A DNA stretch of 64,000 bases, from positions 1 to 64,000 of the forward strand of contig CAVSGP010000006.1 of assembly GCA_963727505.1 (NCBI GenBank), read 5' to 3'. The notes beneath the pieces are model-generated. The model saw only the letters and a list, made by a program, of their open reading frames with translations. It was not told the DNA's origin and ran no database searches. Source of the stretch: an uncultured Trueperaceae bacterium (GTDB lineage Bacteria; Deinococcota; Deinococci; Deinococcales; Trueperaceae). This document shows positions 13,675-23,389 of this stretch, piece by piece; the stretch's first letter is position 1, and each line of letters opens with the position of its first letter. A program made the position numbers and the translations under genes.

Positions 13675-14951
13675 GCGACTCCCCGTCCACGGCGCTCGAG
13701 AACCGCGAGCTGCGCAAGGACCTGGCCGCCGTTCATCGGCGGGGCCTGGCGATCGCCCTGTGGGTGCTCGCGGCGCTCGACCTGCTGGTGTTCGCGCGCA
13801 CGGTGTCGCCCGGCTCGACGACGATCTTCGAGCTCAACGCCCCGCCTGCCCTGCCGCTGCCGGCCCTCCACCTCCCGGTGTTCGCCACGCTCCTCGTGCT
13901 CGGGATCGTCTCCGCCCTGCTGGGCGTGGTGCAGTACCTCTGGAAGGGGAATCGGCAGACGTACCTGCTCCTTGGCATCGGCCTGGCGCTGACGGGCGTC
14001 GCGTTCCTCGCCTGGGCGGGGAAGGGAGAGACGGTCGACGTCGAAGGCCTGCTCATGACCTCGCTCATCGAGGCGGTGCCCCTCACGCTCGGGGCCCTCT
14101 CCGGGCTGCTGTGTGAGCGTTCGGGCGTCATCAACATCGCCATCGAGGGACAGTTCCTCATCGCCGCCTTCGTCGGGGCGGTGGTCGGAAGCGCCACCGG
14201 GAACCTGTGGCTCGGGTTGCTGTGCGGCGCGCTCTCCGGGGGGCTGGTGGGGCTGCTCCTCGCCGTCTTCACCATCACCTACCGGGCGGACCAGATCATC
14301 GTGGGCGTCGTCATCGATGCCTTCGCCCTGGGCCTGACGACGTTCTTCCTGTTGAGCCTGCTCGTGCCCAACCAGATGACGCTCAACAGCCCGGCGGTCT
14401 TCGGGCCGATCCCCATCCCGCTCCTCGACAGGATCCCGATCGTCGGGCCGCTGCTTTTCAACCAGAACATCATGGTCTACCTCGCCATCATCATCCTGGT
14501 GATCGTGCAGGTCGCGCTCTTCCAGACGCGTTGGGGCCTCAGGGTACGCGCGGTCGGCGAGCACCCCCGGGCGGCCGAGACGGTGGGGATCAAGGTCCAG
14601 CGGGTACGCTACCGCAACGTCATCCTCGGCGGCATCGTCGCGGGTATCGGCGGCGCCTCCTTCACCATCGGATCCACCGGCCAGTTCGCCCACAACATGA
14701 CCGCGGGCCTGGGCTACATCGCCCTCGCGGCGATGATCTTCGGGCGATGGCGCCCCCTCGGGGCTCTCGGCGCGGCCCTCCTCTTCGGGTTCTTCGACGC
14801 CCTGCAGTTCACTCTGTCGGCTCTGAACGCCCCGATCCCGTCCGATTTCCTCGCGATGTTCCCCTACCTGGCGACGATCATCGCGGTAGCAGGGCTGGTG
14901 GGCCGGGTCGTGCCCCCCGCGGCCGACGGGCAGCCCTACGCGCGCGAGTGA
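13671..14951 (+). CDS. Nucleoside ABC transporter permease 2
   Basis: ERSGVINIAIEG, RAVGEHP, GYIALAAMIFGRWRP. Confidence 0.94.
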   Translation: MSDSPSTALENRELRKDLAAVHRRGLAIALWVLAALDLLVFARTVSPGSTTIFELNAPPALPLPALHLPVFATLLVLGIVSALLGVVQYLWKGNRQTYLLLGIGLALTGVAFLAWAGKGETVDVEGLLMTSLIEAVPLTLGALSGLLCERSGVINIAIEGQFLIAAFVGAVVGSATGNLWLGLLCGALSGGLVGLLLAVFTITYRADQIIVGVVIDAFALGLTTFFLLSLLVPNQMTLNSPAVFGPIPIPLLDRIPIVGPLLFNQNIMVYLAIIILVIVQVALFQTRWGLRVRAVGEHPRAAETVGIKVQRVRYRNVILGGIVAGIGGASFTIGSTGQFAHNMTAGLGYIALAAMIFGRWRPLGALGAALLFGFFDALQFTLSALNAPIPSDFLAMFPYLATIIAVAGLVGRVVPPAADGQPYARE

Positions 14952-14958
14952 TGCGTAC

Positions 14959-15510
14959 ATGGAGGGGACTGAAGCCGCTCCCGGCGGTCCCCCGGCCGAC
15001 CGCATCCTGGTAGGGCAGGTGCCGGTCCCTGCGCAGCTGCGCGCCTTCGCCGAAGGCGCGCAGGCGGACGGCCGGCGCCTGGTGGTCGGCGCCCTGGTGC
15101 ACGACGGCAGGGGCCGCATCTTCGTGCAGCGGCGAAGCGACAGCCGCGCGCTCTACCCCGGCTGCTGGGACGTGGTCGGCGGTCACGCCGAGCCGGGGGA
15201 GGGCGTGGTGGAGGCCTTGCGGCGCGAGATCGCGGAGGAGACGGGCTGGCGGCTACAGGCCGTGGCCGAGGTGGTCGAGATCCTCGACTGGGAGGCCGGC
15301 GGCGAGGCCAAGCGTGAGATCGACCTGCTGGTGACGGTTCAGGGGGATCTGGAGGCTCCGCGGCTCGAGCGCGGCAAGCACACCGCGGCGCGCTGGCTGG
15401 CGGCCGCCGAGCTGCCGCTGCTGCTCGAGCGGCGCGACCCGGACGACGTCTTCATCCACGACATCGTGCGCCGCGCGTTCGTGCTGCTGGGGCTTCACCG
15501 GGATCGGTAG
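14959..15510 (+). CDS. NUDIX hydrolase
   Basis: Nudix box GGHAEPGEGVVEALRREIAEETG. Confidence 0.9.
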   Translation: MEGTEAAPGGPPADRILVGQVPVPAQLRAFAEGAQADGRRLVVGALVHDGRGRIFVQRRSDSRALYPGCWDVVGGHAEPGEGVVEALRREIAEETGWRLQAVAEVVEILDWEAGGEAKREIDLLVTVQGDLEAPRLERGKHTAARWLAAAELPLLLERRDPDDVFIHDIVRRAFVLLGLHRDR

Positions 15511-15632
15511 CGGCGCTGCAAGGTATCGGGAGCGCGTTCCATCGCAGTTCACCCACCCAGGTCTAACCGTCCGTTAACGAGGGTCCGGCATACTCCTCGC
15601 ATGCCTGCCCACGAAGCCACTCTCCCACATCC

Positions 15633-16429
15633 GTGGTGCGCGCGGTGACCGCGCGCGAGCAGGACACGGGGCCCCGTAGCCGCGCCGTCCTCCATCCCGG
15701 CGATCGAGCCGGCCTCCTGCTGTTGAGGCTGGGACTCGGCGGCGTGCTGGTCTGGTTCGGCGCGGCGGAGCTCCACGACCCCAGCTCCTGGGCCGTGTTC
15801 GTTCCCAAGCTGTTCGATCCCGTACAGGCACCCCTGATGTTCCTCCACGCCACCGCCCTGCTGGTGACCGGCGCCCTGCTGTTCGTCGGCATGTTCCACC
15901 GCGTGACGGCCTGGCTCGGGGGGCTCATCCTGCTCGCCATCCTCGGCGCGCTCGCCATGACCGGCTCCATCGACAGCGTGTTCGTGCGTGACGTGGGGCT
16001 TGCCTGCGCTGCCTTCGCGCTGGCGCTCTCGCCCACCGCCGCGCGGCTCCCCGGCGTCGATCGCTGGCTGGCGCAGCGGCCGCATCGCGGCTACGCCGTG
16101 CCCGCCGTGTCGTACGCGGTGCTGCTCGCTGCCGTCGTCGGCTTGCTGGCGGCGACCGCGGTACCGGTCGGCGGGTCCAGCAAGGCCCTCAACAACCTCG
16201 GAGGCATGGGCGGCCTGTCGACGCTCGGCGGCTCGCCCGCCGGCGGTACCGGCTCCGGCAACGCCCCGTCGACGGGTGGCGGGACCGCGCTGGGTGGCGC
16301 ATCGAACGGCGGCCCGTCGGGCTCGTCCACGTCGGGCTCGTCACGTCCGCGTCCACGTCCAGCGCCTCCACCTCTTCGTCCGGCCTCGGCTCGTTCGGCG
16401 CGACGGCACCGAGCTCCACAGGCCCCTGA
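15633..16429 (+). CDS. DoxX-family membrane protein with Gly/Ser-rich tail (1-bp frameshift near 16342)
   Basis: LLLRLGLGGVLVWFG...RDVGLA pattern. Restoring one C in TCACG (the repeat reads TCCACG) gives a Ser/Thr tail ending at TGA 16427-16429. Confidence 0.7.
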
Positions 16430-16571
16430 CCGACCTCAGTCCGCGCCGCGCCCGGCGCCCCATGGAACGCACCGCGATCGCGCTTGCGCCGCGCCGTGCC
16501 AGGGACCCGAGCGCTCCGGAACCCCGATCCCCGGTCGGCCCTTCGGCGCCGACAAGCATAGGAGACCTACC

Positions 16572-17072
16572 GTGAACGAACGCCACGCCCCCGCCTCACT
16601 TCCGGCCGCCTCACGCCGCCTTCGGCTCGCCTTCGCGCCGCTCCTCGCGGCCGCCCTGATCGCGAGCCTGGTCGGCTCGGCCGCTTTCGCGCAGAGCAAC
16701 TCGAACAGCAACTCGAGCACGTCCTCGCAGTGCCGCAAGCTCAAGGACACGCAGTACTGGCAGGTGTCTTACCAGATCGCGCCGATGCCGCAGCAGCTCT
16801 CCTCGCGCGCCAAGGCGGCGCTGGACGGCTTCGTCGTCAACACCCAGAAGAACTCCGACGGCACCATCACCGTCGACATCGAGCGCCAGGGCCGCTCGGA
16901 CAACGAGAAGGGCGAGAAGCCCGATCAGGACGACATCAAGGTCGACGTCGCCAACGGTCAGAAGCTCTACTTCCTCGAAGGCGAGATGGGCGACGACGCC
17001 GTGGGCATCGACACCCACCTCAACGACGAGGCCGTGGTCCTCACCGACGCGAACGGCTGCATCGTCCACTGA
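16572..17072 (+). CDS. Secreted hypothetical protein (166 aa, two Cys)
   Basis: AGGAGA RBS with GTG start, signal peptide ending AFA-Q, strongly biased codon usage. Confidence 0.8.
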   Translation: MNERHAPASLPAASRRLRLAFAPLLAAALIASLVGSAAFAQSNSNSNSSTSSQCRKLKDTQYWQVSYQIAPMPQQLSSRAKAALDGFVVNTQKNSDGTITVDIERQGRSDNEKGEKPDQDDIKVDVANGQKLYFLEGEMGDDAVGIDTHLNDEAVVLTDANGCIVH

Positions 17073-17224
17073 GGCCCTGACAGCGGCCGCTGTTCCAACG
17101 TCCCCTCGTTACCCACGCCCCGAACGTGCTCCGTGCGCGCTCGGGGCGTGCGCGTGTGCGGGGGGCGGGGCTGTGAGGGCGGGGCTGTGAGGGAGGGGCC
17201 GGCACGCACGTGTGCGCGATCCGC

Positions 17225-19198
17225 TTACGACCCAGGTGCCGGGAACCGTCCCGGGTACAGCGCCCGGTACACCGCGACGTTGACCAGCACGCTCTGCATG
17301 TACTCGCGCGTCTCCATGGAGTCGATGGCTCGGTAGAGGTCGTTCATGTTGCGCTTCACGTCGGGCCCGTCGAACAGGCGTCCGATGTAGCCCTGCCCGC
17401 GGTTGTACGACGACACCGCCAGCGCCAGGTCACCGTGGAACTGGCGCATCAGGAAGCCCAGGTAGTAGCTCCCGTAGCGGATGTTGGCGGTCGCGTCGAA
17501 GGGATCGGCCGCGGGCGCGTCCCCCTGCAACTGTCCGAGCCAGTCCCAGGTGGGAGGCGTGACCTGCATCAGGCCCATGGCGTCGGAGCGCGACACCGCC
17601 ACCGGGCTGAAGGCGGATTCCTTGCGCATGACCGACCACACCAGTGCGGGCGAGATGCCGGCCGCCGCGGCCTGTCGCTCCACCGTCGGGGCGTAGGCGG
17701 TCGGGTAGGCGAGCCGCCACACCTCGACCGAGCGGCTGCCCAGCGCGATGAGCTCACGCGCGGCGTAGACGCTCTGGCGGTACTCGTCGAGGCTCTGCAA
17801 CATCTGCGCCACCGACACGATGCGGGCCTCCTGGTCCAGGCTCGGCGGCGAGGTGGCGTCGGTGGTTGCGCCGAGCCCACGTAGCTCGAACAGCAGCTCG
17901 CCCACCGCCGCGGGGGTGTCGTGCACGCCCACCAGCGCTCGGGCGAGCTGCAGGGCGGCCGCGGGGTCGCCCTGTCCGAGCGCGGAGCCCAGCAGGGGGC
18001 CCGTGGCCGGGCTCGCGCCGCCGGGCGCGGTGGTGGCCTGTGGGGTGGCCTGTGGGGTGGCCCGAGAGGCGGCCCGAGAGGTGGCCCGAGAGGCGGCTGT
18101 GATCGCTGCGGGGTCAGTGAACACCGTCCCCGAGGGCGCCGGCGTGGGCACGTCGAGGGTCCGGCCCAGCTCCAGCGCGAAGAAGCTGTTGTCGGGCACG
18201 AGTGCTGCGGCGGTCCGTGCCGTGTCGGCCTGCCCCAGTCGCTCGGCCAGCACGTAGGCACGGTAGGCGGCGTCGTCGGCGTAGGGGCTGGCGCCGCGCG
18301 CAAGCCGCAGGTAGATCGGGATGGCGTCGCCGTAACGCTGCTGGTCCTCGAGCAGGGTGGTGGCGCGCCACAGGTCGTCGGCGCGCTGCGTGCGCTCCAG
18401 CAGCGCCACGGCGGTGTCGATGTCGCCGCGGCGCTGGGCGATGAGCGCGCGGCCATACAGGGCGTTGGCGCCGGGGATCGCGGCGAAGATGCGGGCGGCC
18501 TCGTCGTTCTGGCCGAGGTAGAAGAGCGTCCAGGCGAGCCCGCCTCGGGCGGTGGCGTCACCGGGTGCTTCGGCCACCCACTGCCGGTAGGCGGTCAACG
18601 CCTTGTCGTAGTGGTCGAGGTTGAGCTCGGCCCGCGCGCGGATCGGTGCGTCCTGGATGTTGCTCAGTGCGTCGAGCGCGTCCTGGTAGAGGCGGGCGTC
18701 CAGCAGGTCGCGGGCCAGCGCCTGGGGGTCGGGCTCGAGCCGCTTCAACCCCGCGAGCGCCCCCTTCAGGGGGAGCGCCTGGCGGTAGTAGGCGATCGCC
18801 GCGTCCCGGGCGCCGGCCTGCTCGGCCGTCGTCCCCGCCTCCAGGTGGAGCGCGTGATCCTCGTCACGCGCCAGCGGGTCGTCGATGCGCAGGCGCAGCG
18901 CACGCCGGTAGTAGGCGAGCCGGGTGGCGGCGTCGATGGTCTTCCAGCGCGCCAGCTCGAGCGCCGCGCGGTAGGCGAGGAAGCCGTCCGAGCCGGCGGC
19001 GAGGCGCTGTAGCGCCAGCGCGTCGCCGGAACGCACCGCCTCGCGGAAGCTGCCGTAGGGCTTCAGCGGCGCCGCCGCGTAGGGGTCGAAGATGGCGGCC
19101 AGGCTGGCGTCGGCGACGCTGTGGTGGGGAACGGACAGCGCCCCGAACAGCAGTCCGCAGCCCACAGCCAGGGACACGAGGAGCAGGCGGCGGCGCAT
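17225..19198 (-). CDS. Lytic transglycosylase (SLT domain) with N-terminal TPR-like repeats
   Basis: MRKESAF, AMGLMQV, SSYNRG and ETREY motifs; N-terminal signal/TM segment. Confidence 0.92.
   Translation of the reverse strand: MRRRLLLVSLAVGCGLLFGALSVPHHSVADASLAAIFDPYAAAPLKPYGSFREAVRSGDALALQRLAAGSDGFLAYRAALELARWKTIDAATRLAYYRRALRLRIDDPLARDEDHALHLEAGTTAEQAGARDAAIAYYRQALPLKGALAGLKRLEPDPQALARDLLDARLYQDALDALSNIQDAPIRARAELNLDHYDKALTAYRQWVAEAPGDATARGGLAWTLFYLGQNDEAARIFAAIPGANALYGRALIAQRRGDIDTAVALLERTQRADDLWRATTLLEDQQRYGDAIPIYLRLARGASPYADDAAYRAYVLAERLGQADTARTAAALVPDNSFFALELGRTLDVPTPAPSGTVFTDPAAITAASRATSRAASRATPQATPQATTAPGGASPATGPLLGSALGQGDPAAALQLARALVGVHDTPAAVGELLFELRGLGATTDATSPPSLDQEARIVSVAQMLQSLDEYRQSVYAARELIALGSRSVEVWRLAYPTAYAPTVERQAAAAGISPALVWSVMRKESAFSPVAVSRSDAMGLMQVTPPTWDWLGQLQGDAPAADPFDATANIRYGSYYLGFLMRQFHGDLALAVSSYNRGQGYIGRLFDGPDVKRNMNDLYRAIDSMETREYMQSVLVNVAVYRALYPGRFPAPGS
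18032..18096. repeat. In-frame 12-bp tandem repeat (ASRA/TPQA linker)
   Basis: GGTGGCCTGTGG and GG(C/T)GGCCCGAGA units, about 5 copies. Confidence 0.75.
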
Positions 19199-19428
19199 GG
19201 CCCAGTCTACGAGGGCCGGCGGCAGGCTTCTGCGAGGTCGTTCCCACGCGCCGGAAATCCCCCGCCTGGACACGGAATTGAGTGCCCTACACTCATGGAT
19301 TCTGCGGCTGCAGTGAGAAATGTGATACACTTACCGACGGTCAGCTTGACCCAAGCGCCAGTTCGTCCGCCCATTTTCCGGGAGACTCACTCTTTCCGTT
19401 CTACGTGCCCGTCACTCTGGAGGTACCT

Positions 19429-20379
19429 GTGAAACGACTGACCATCATCACGCTACTCGCAGCCATGCTCGTCGGAGGCCTCGCCTTCGCGCAGCAGTAC
19501 AAGAACGATTCACCCATCCGCGTCGGCTCCAAGCAGTTCACCGAGCAGATCGTGCTCGGCAAGATCATCGTCGAAGCCCTCCGCGGCAACGGCTACCAGG
19601 TCACCGACCAGACCAACCTGGGCGGCACCGCGGTCGTGCGCAAGGCGCTGACCAACGGTGAGATCGACGTCTACCCCAACTACACCGGGACCGCGATCAG
19701 CAACTGGTACCGCGACACCAAGTGGGCGCAGGACTCGATCCCGGCCGGTGCGTCGGGCAACGCCTACCAGTCGTACTCCATCGTGAGCTCGCTCGACGCT
19801 GCCCTGAACGATCTGGTGTGGCTCGAGCCGGCGCCCGCCAACAACACCTACGCCTTCGCCGTGACCGCGGCGTTCGCCAAGGAGCACAACCTCGTCACCG
19901 TGGCCGACCTCGCCAAGTACATCAACGACGGCGGCCAGGTGAAGCTCTCCACGGGTGACGAGTTCGCGCAGCGCCCCGACGGCGTGGCCGCGTTCGAGAA
20001 GACCTACGGGTTCAAGTTCAAGGAGAGCCAGATGATCATCATCGCCGGCGCTACGCCGGCGCAGACGGAGCAGGCGCTGAACAACGGCTCCAACGGCGTC
20101 AACATCGCCATGGCGTACGGCACCGATGGCGCCCTCAAGGCCTACAACTTCGTGGTCCTGAAGGACCCCAAAGGCGCGCAGCCGGTGTTTGCGCCCACCC
20201 CGGTGTTCCGCGGCGAGGTCATCCGCAAGTACCCGGAGATCGTCGGCATCCTGAACCCCATCTGGGCCAAGTTCACCACCGAAGAGCTCCAGAACCTCAA
20301 CGCCAAGGTCGAGGTCGACGGCCAGAACGCCGACCAGGTCGCCAAGGACTTCCTGAAGCAGAACGGATTCATCAAGTAG
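19429..20379 (+). CDS. Osmoprotectant ABC substrate-binding protein (OsmF/OpuCC-like)
   Basis: IRVGSKQFTEQ, YTGT, NNTYAFAV, EFAQRPDG; GGAGG RBS and GTG start. Confidence 0.93.
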   Translation: MKRLTIITLLAAMLVGGLAFAQQYKNDSPIRVGSKQFTEQIVLGKIIVEALRGNGYQVTDQTNLGGTAVVRKALTNGEIDVYPNYTGTAISNWYRDTKWAQDSIPAGASGNAYQSYSIVSSLDAALNDLVWLEPAPANNTYAFAVTAAFAKEHNLVTVADLAKYINDGGQVKLSTGDEFAQRPDGVAAFEKTYGFKFKESQMIIIAGATPAQTEQALNNGSNGVNIAMAYGTDGALKAYNFVVLKDPKGAQPVFAPTPVFRGEVIRKYPEIVGILNPIWAKFTTEELQNLNAKVEVDGQNADQVAKDFLKQNGFIK

Positions 20380-20393
20380 GGAGCCGAGCGCGA

Positions 20394-20428
20394 GGCGAGG
20401 GGCCGAAAAGGCCCCTCGCCGCTTTTCT
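20394..20428 (+). terminator. Intrinsic terminator/attenuator after the substrate-binding gene
   Basis: GGCGAGGGGCC-GAAAA-GGCCCCTCGCC followed by GCTTTTCT. Confidence 0.75.
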
Positions 20429-20430
20429 AT

Positions 20431-20462
20431 CTTCTGTTCACGCGAACTTCTGTTCACGCGAA
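20431..20462. repeat. Perfect 16-bp tandem duplication
   Basis: CTTCTGTTCACGCGAA x2. Confidence 0.85.
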
Positions 20463-20599
20463 ACGCGCGCCGACACCTTGCCATGTCCTCGACCGTGACG
20501 CTCCCTCGGACCGCGCGAAGGTCGCGGGCGCTGGCGGAGCGGGCGGAGGTCCCGGCGTAGAGGCGCCCCCGGGGGACGGGGGAGCCGCGCATCCTGGAG

Positions 20600-22249
20600 G
20601 TGAGCGCCATTCCGAATCGCATCGCCATGTTGGGCAGCGCCGTGGCAGGGCTCGGGTTCTTCTTCCTGCCGATCGTGTCGCTCAAACCCAACCGTCTCGC
20701 GGCTGGGGTGCCCTTCAACCTGCTGCAGCTCCAAGGCGACTACCGCTACGTCCTGCTTTTCGCGCTGGCACTGCTACCGTTCGTCGTCGCGTTCCGCAAG
20801 GACGTCGGCATGCGCGGCTGGCTGCTGGTGGGCGTGGGCAACTTGCTGCTCCTGCTGACCCTGGTGCTTCCCGCGATGGCGGGCGAGCACCTGCTGGCGA
20901 ACGCCAAGCAGTTCCTCGGCGAGAACGCCTTCGTGCGCAACCCGCGCGTGCTGCCCACCGGCGGCCTCGCGCTGGGGTTGGCCGGCGGCTACATGACGCT
21001 CTTCGGGGGGCTGCACGACCTGGAGCGCGCGGGCGTGCAGCGCTGGATCCGCGCCGTCGCGGCGTGGGGCGGCCTGGTCCTCATCGGCATCCTACTGGCG
21101 ACCGGCGCGTTCGACGTCTACTCGATCATGGTGGAGTTCCACACCAACGGCGCCCTGCTGCAGCAGAAGTTCGTCGAGCACCTGATGTTCGTCATCGTTT
21201 CGCTGGTGGTGGGCTTCGTGGTCGGCGTCGGCCTGGGCCTGTGGGCCTCGCGCGACGAGCGCGTCGCCAACGTCATCCTCTACGCCGTCGGCATCATCCA
21301 GACCATCCCCAGCCTGGCGCTCTTCGGCGTTCTGCTGGTGCCGCTGGCCCGCCTGGGCGACGCCCGCTTCGTGCCGGTCGCCGCCTTCTTCGGCGTCTCG
21401 GCGCTGGTCGCGATCGGCGTGGGCCTGGCGTACCGTTTCCTCGCCTCGCGCCTGCCCGGGCGTCTGCGCACGCTGGCCCTCATCGTCACAGCCGTCGTCG
21501 CCGCGGTGCCCTTGGTGCTGTTCACCGGCATCTTCGTGAGCTTCGTCTACCGCGGCGCGCGCATCGGCTTCGGCGGGGGTAGTTTCAGCGGCATCGACGC
21601 CGGCATCGGGTGGTTGGTCGTGGTCGGGCTGGCGCTGTGGATGGCCCGGCGCTGGCTGTTCAAGCGCGCGGGCGGCTTCCGCACCATGCTCCGTTACGGC
21701 TACCTCGTCTCCTACGCCGGTGCGGTGGTCACCTTCGTGATCATGATGGTGCGGGCGGCCGGCACCGACCAGTTCCTGGGTGCCGTCCCCAGCCTCGGTG
21801 CACTGACGGTGCGCAACCTCGGGGTGTCGGGTATCGGGGTGGCGCCGGCACTGGTCGCGCTGACGCTGTACTCGCTGTTGCCGCTGGTGCGCAACACGTA
21901 CGCCGGCCTGGAGAACGTCGACAACGCCATCATCGACTCCGGGCGCGGCATGGGGATGACGCCGGCGCAGATCTTCTTCCAGATCGAGCTGCCGCTGGCC
22001 TTCCCCGTGATCATGGCCGGCGTCCGCAACGCCGGCGTGGCCCTGGTCGGGATCGGCACCGTCGCTACCGTCATCGGCGCCGGTGGGCTCGGTGACTTCG
22101 TCATCCAGGGCATCGTCAACACCTCGATCGACCAGATCCTGCTGGGCGTCCTGCCCGCCATCGCGCTGGCGATGGTCCTCGACGCGCTGTTGCGCTTCGT
22201 CGAGGGGCTCCTTACCTCGCCCGGCATCCGCCATGTCCAGAACATCTAG
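20600..22249 (+). CDS. Osmoprotectant ABC permease (YehY-like) with a large internal TM insertion
   Basis: QTIPSLALFG, LYSLLPLVRNT and EAA loop SGRGMGMT. Confidence 0.9.
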   Translation: MSAIPNRIAMLGSAVAGLGFFFLPIVSLKPNRLAAGVPFNLLQLQGDYRYVLLFALALLPFVVAFRKDVGMRGWLLVGVGNLLLLLTLVLPAMAGEHLLANAKQFLGENAFVRNPRVLPTGGLALGLAGGYMTLFGGLHDLERAGVQRWIRAVAAWGGLVLIGILLATGAFDVYSIMVEFHTNGALLQQKFVEHLMFVIVSLVVGFVVGVGLGLWASRDERVANVILYAVGIIQTIPSLALFGVLLVPLARLGDARFVPVAAFFGVSALVAIGVGLAYRFLASRLPGRLRTLALIVTAVVAAVPLVLFTGIFVSFVYRGARIGFGGGSFSGIDAGIGWLVVVGLALWMARRWLFKRAGGFRTMLRYGYLVSYAGAVVTFVIMMVRAAGTDQFLGAVPSLGALTVRNLGVSGIGVAPALVALTLYSLLPLVRNTYAGLENVDNAIIDSGRGMGMTPAQIFFQIELPLAFPVIMAGVRNAGVALVGIGTVATVIGAGGLGDFVIQGIVNTSIDQILLGVLPAIALAMVLDALLRFVEGLLTSPGIRHVQNI

Positions 22250-22258
22250 GAGGAACCC

Positions 22259-23389
22259 GTGATCGAGTTCCAGAACGTCGTCAAGCAATTCCCGGACGGC
22301 TTCCGGGCCGTGAACGGGCTGTCGCTCACCATCCACGATGGTGAGATCACCGTCCTGATCGGACCGTCCGGTTGCGGCAAGACCACCTCCATGCGCATGG
22401 TGAACCGGCTGCTGTCGATCACCGAAGGCAAGATCGTCGTCGATGGCCGCGACAACCGCGACTTCCCGGCCGAGGAGCTCAGGCGCAAGATCGGCTACGC
22501 CATCCAGCAGATCGGCCTCTTCCCGCACATGACCGTGCTCGAGAATATCGCCGTGGTCCCGCGGCTCCTCAGCTGGGAGGAGGACCGCATCCGCAAGCGC
22601 GCCGACGAGCTGCTCGAGCTGGTCGGCCTCGACCCGGACGTCAACCGCGACAAGTACCCGCGGCAACTCTCGGGCGGCCAGCAGCAACGCGTCGGGGTGG
22701 CGCGTGCGCTCAGCGCCGACCCCCCCATCATGCTGATGGACGAGCCCTTCGGCGCGATCGACCCGATCACGCGCGAGGTGCTCCAGGACGAGTTCCTGGA
22801 GATCCAGAAGCGCATCAGCAAGACGATCATCTTCGTCACGCACGACATCGACGAAGCGATCAAGATGGGCGACCGCGTCGCCATCCTGCGCGAGGGCTCG
22901 CTGGTGCAGTACGACACCCCCGACACCCTGCTGGCCAAGCCCAGGAACCGCTTCGTGCGCGACTTCGTCGGCGCCGACCGGCAGCTCAAGCGCCTCGGTC
23001 TTTTGCGGGTGCGCGAGCTGATGGGCAAGGACACACCGGTGGTCAACCTGCGCGCGAGCGCCGATGACGCCAAGCGGGCCATCGAGAAGGCGGGCGTGAT
23101 GAGCGCCTTCGTGGTGGATGAGGACGGCGTCCTGCGCGGATGGGTCGACCGCGAGGGCCTGCGCGAGAACCCCGACTCGCTGCTCGACGCCATGAACGAG
23201 GGGGACTACCGCGAGATCGGCGTGCGGCAGATCGCCACGGCGCGTGAAGCGCTGTCGGCCATGGTCGCCCGCGGCTTCCGCATCACCCCTGTCGTCGACG
23301 AGAAGGGCGTTCTGGTGGGCAATATCACGCTGCGTGCCCTGCAGGAGCTGGCCGAACAGGGCTGGGTGGAAGGCGAGCAGGCGTCGTGA
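22259..23389 (+). CDS. Osmoprotectant ABC ATPase with CBS pair (YehX/OpuCA-like)
   Basis: GPSGCGKTT, LSGGQQQRVGVARA, MDEPFGAIDP, C-terminal CBS domains. Confidence 0.95.
   Translation: MIEFQNVVKQFPDGFRAVNGLSLTIHDGEITVLIGPSGCGKTTSMRMVNRLLSITEGKIVVDGRDNRDFPAEELRRKIGYAIQQIGLFPHMTVLENIAVVPRLLSWEEDRIRKRADELLELVGLDPDVNRDKYPRQLSGGQQQRVGVARALSADPPIMLMDEPFGAIDPITREVLQDEFLEIQKRISKTIIFVTHDIDEAIKMGDRVAILREGSLVQYDTPDTLLAKPRNRFVRDFVGADRQLKRLGLLRVRELMGKDTPVVNLRASADDAKRAIEKAGVMSAFVVDEDGVLRGWVDREGLRENPDSLLDAMNEGDYREIGVRQIATAREALSAMVARGFRITPVVDEKGVLVGNITLRALQELAEQGWVEGEQAS

Noticed and set aside
15633..17072. Novel 479-aa DoxX-secreted domain fusion
   Set aside because: Better explained by a 1-bp deletion joining two genes; the second has its own RBS and signal peptide.
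17160..17200. GGGCGGGGCTGTGA direct repeat
   Set aside because: Two copies with no spacers in a convergent gap; likely slippage.
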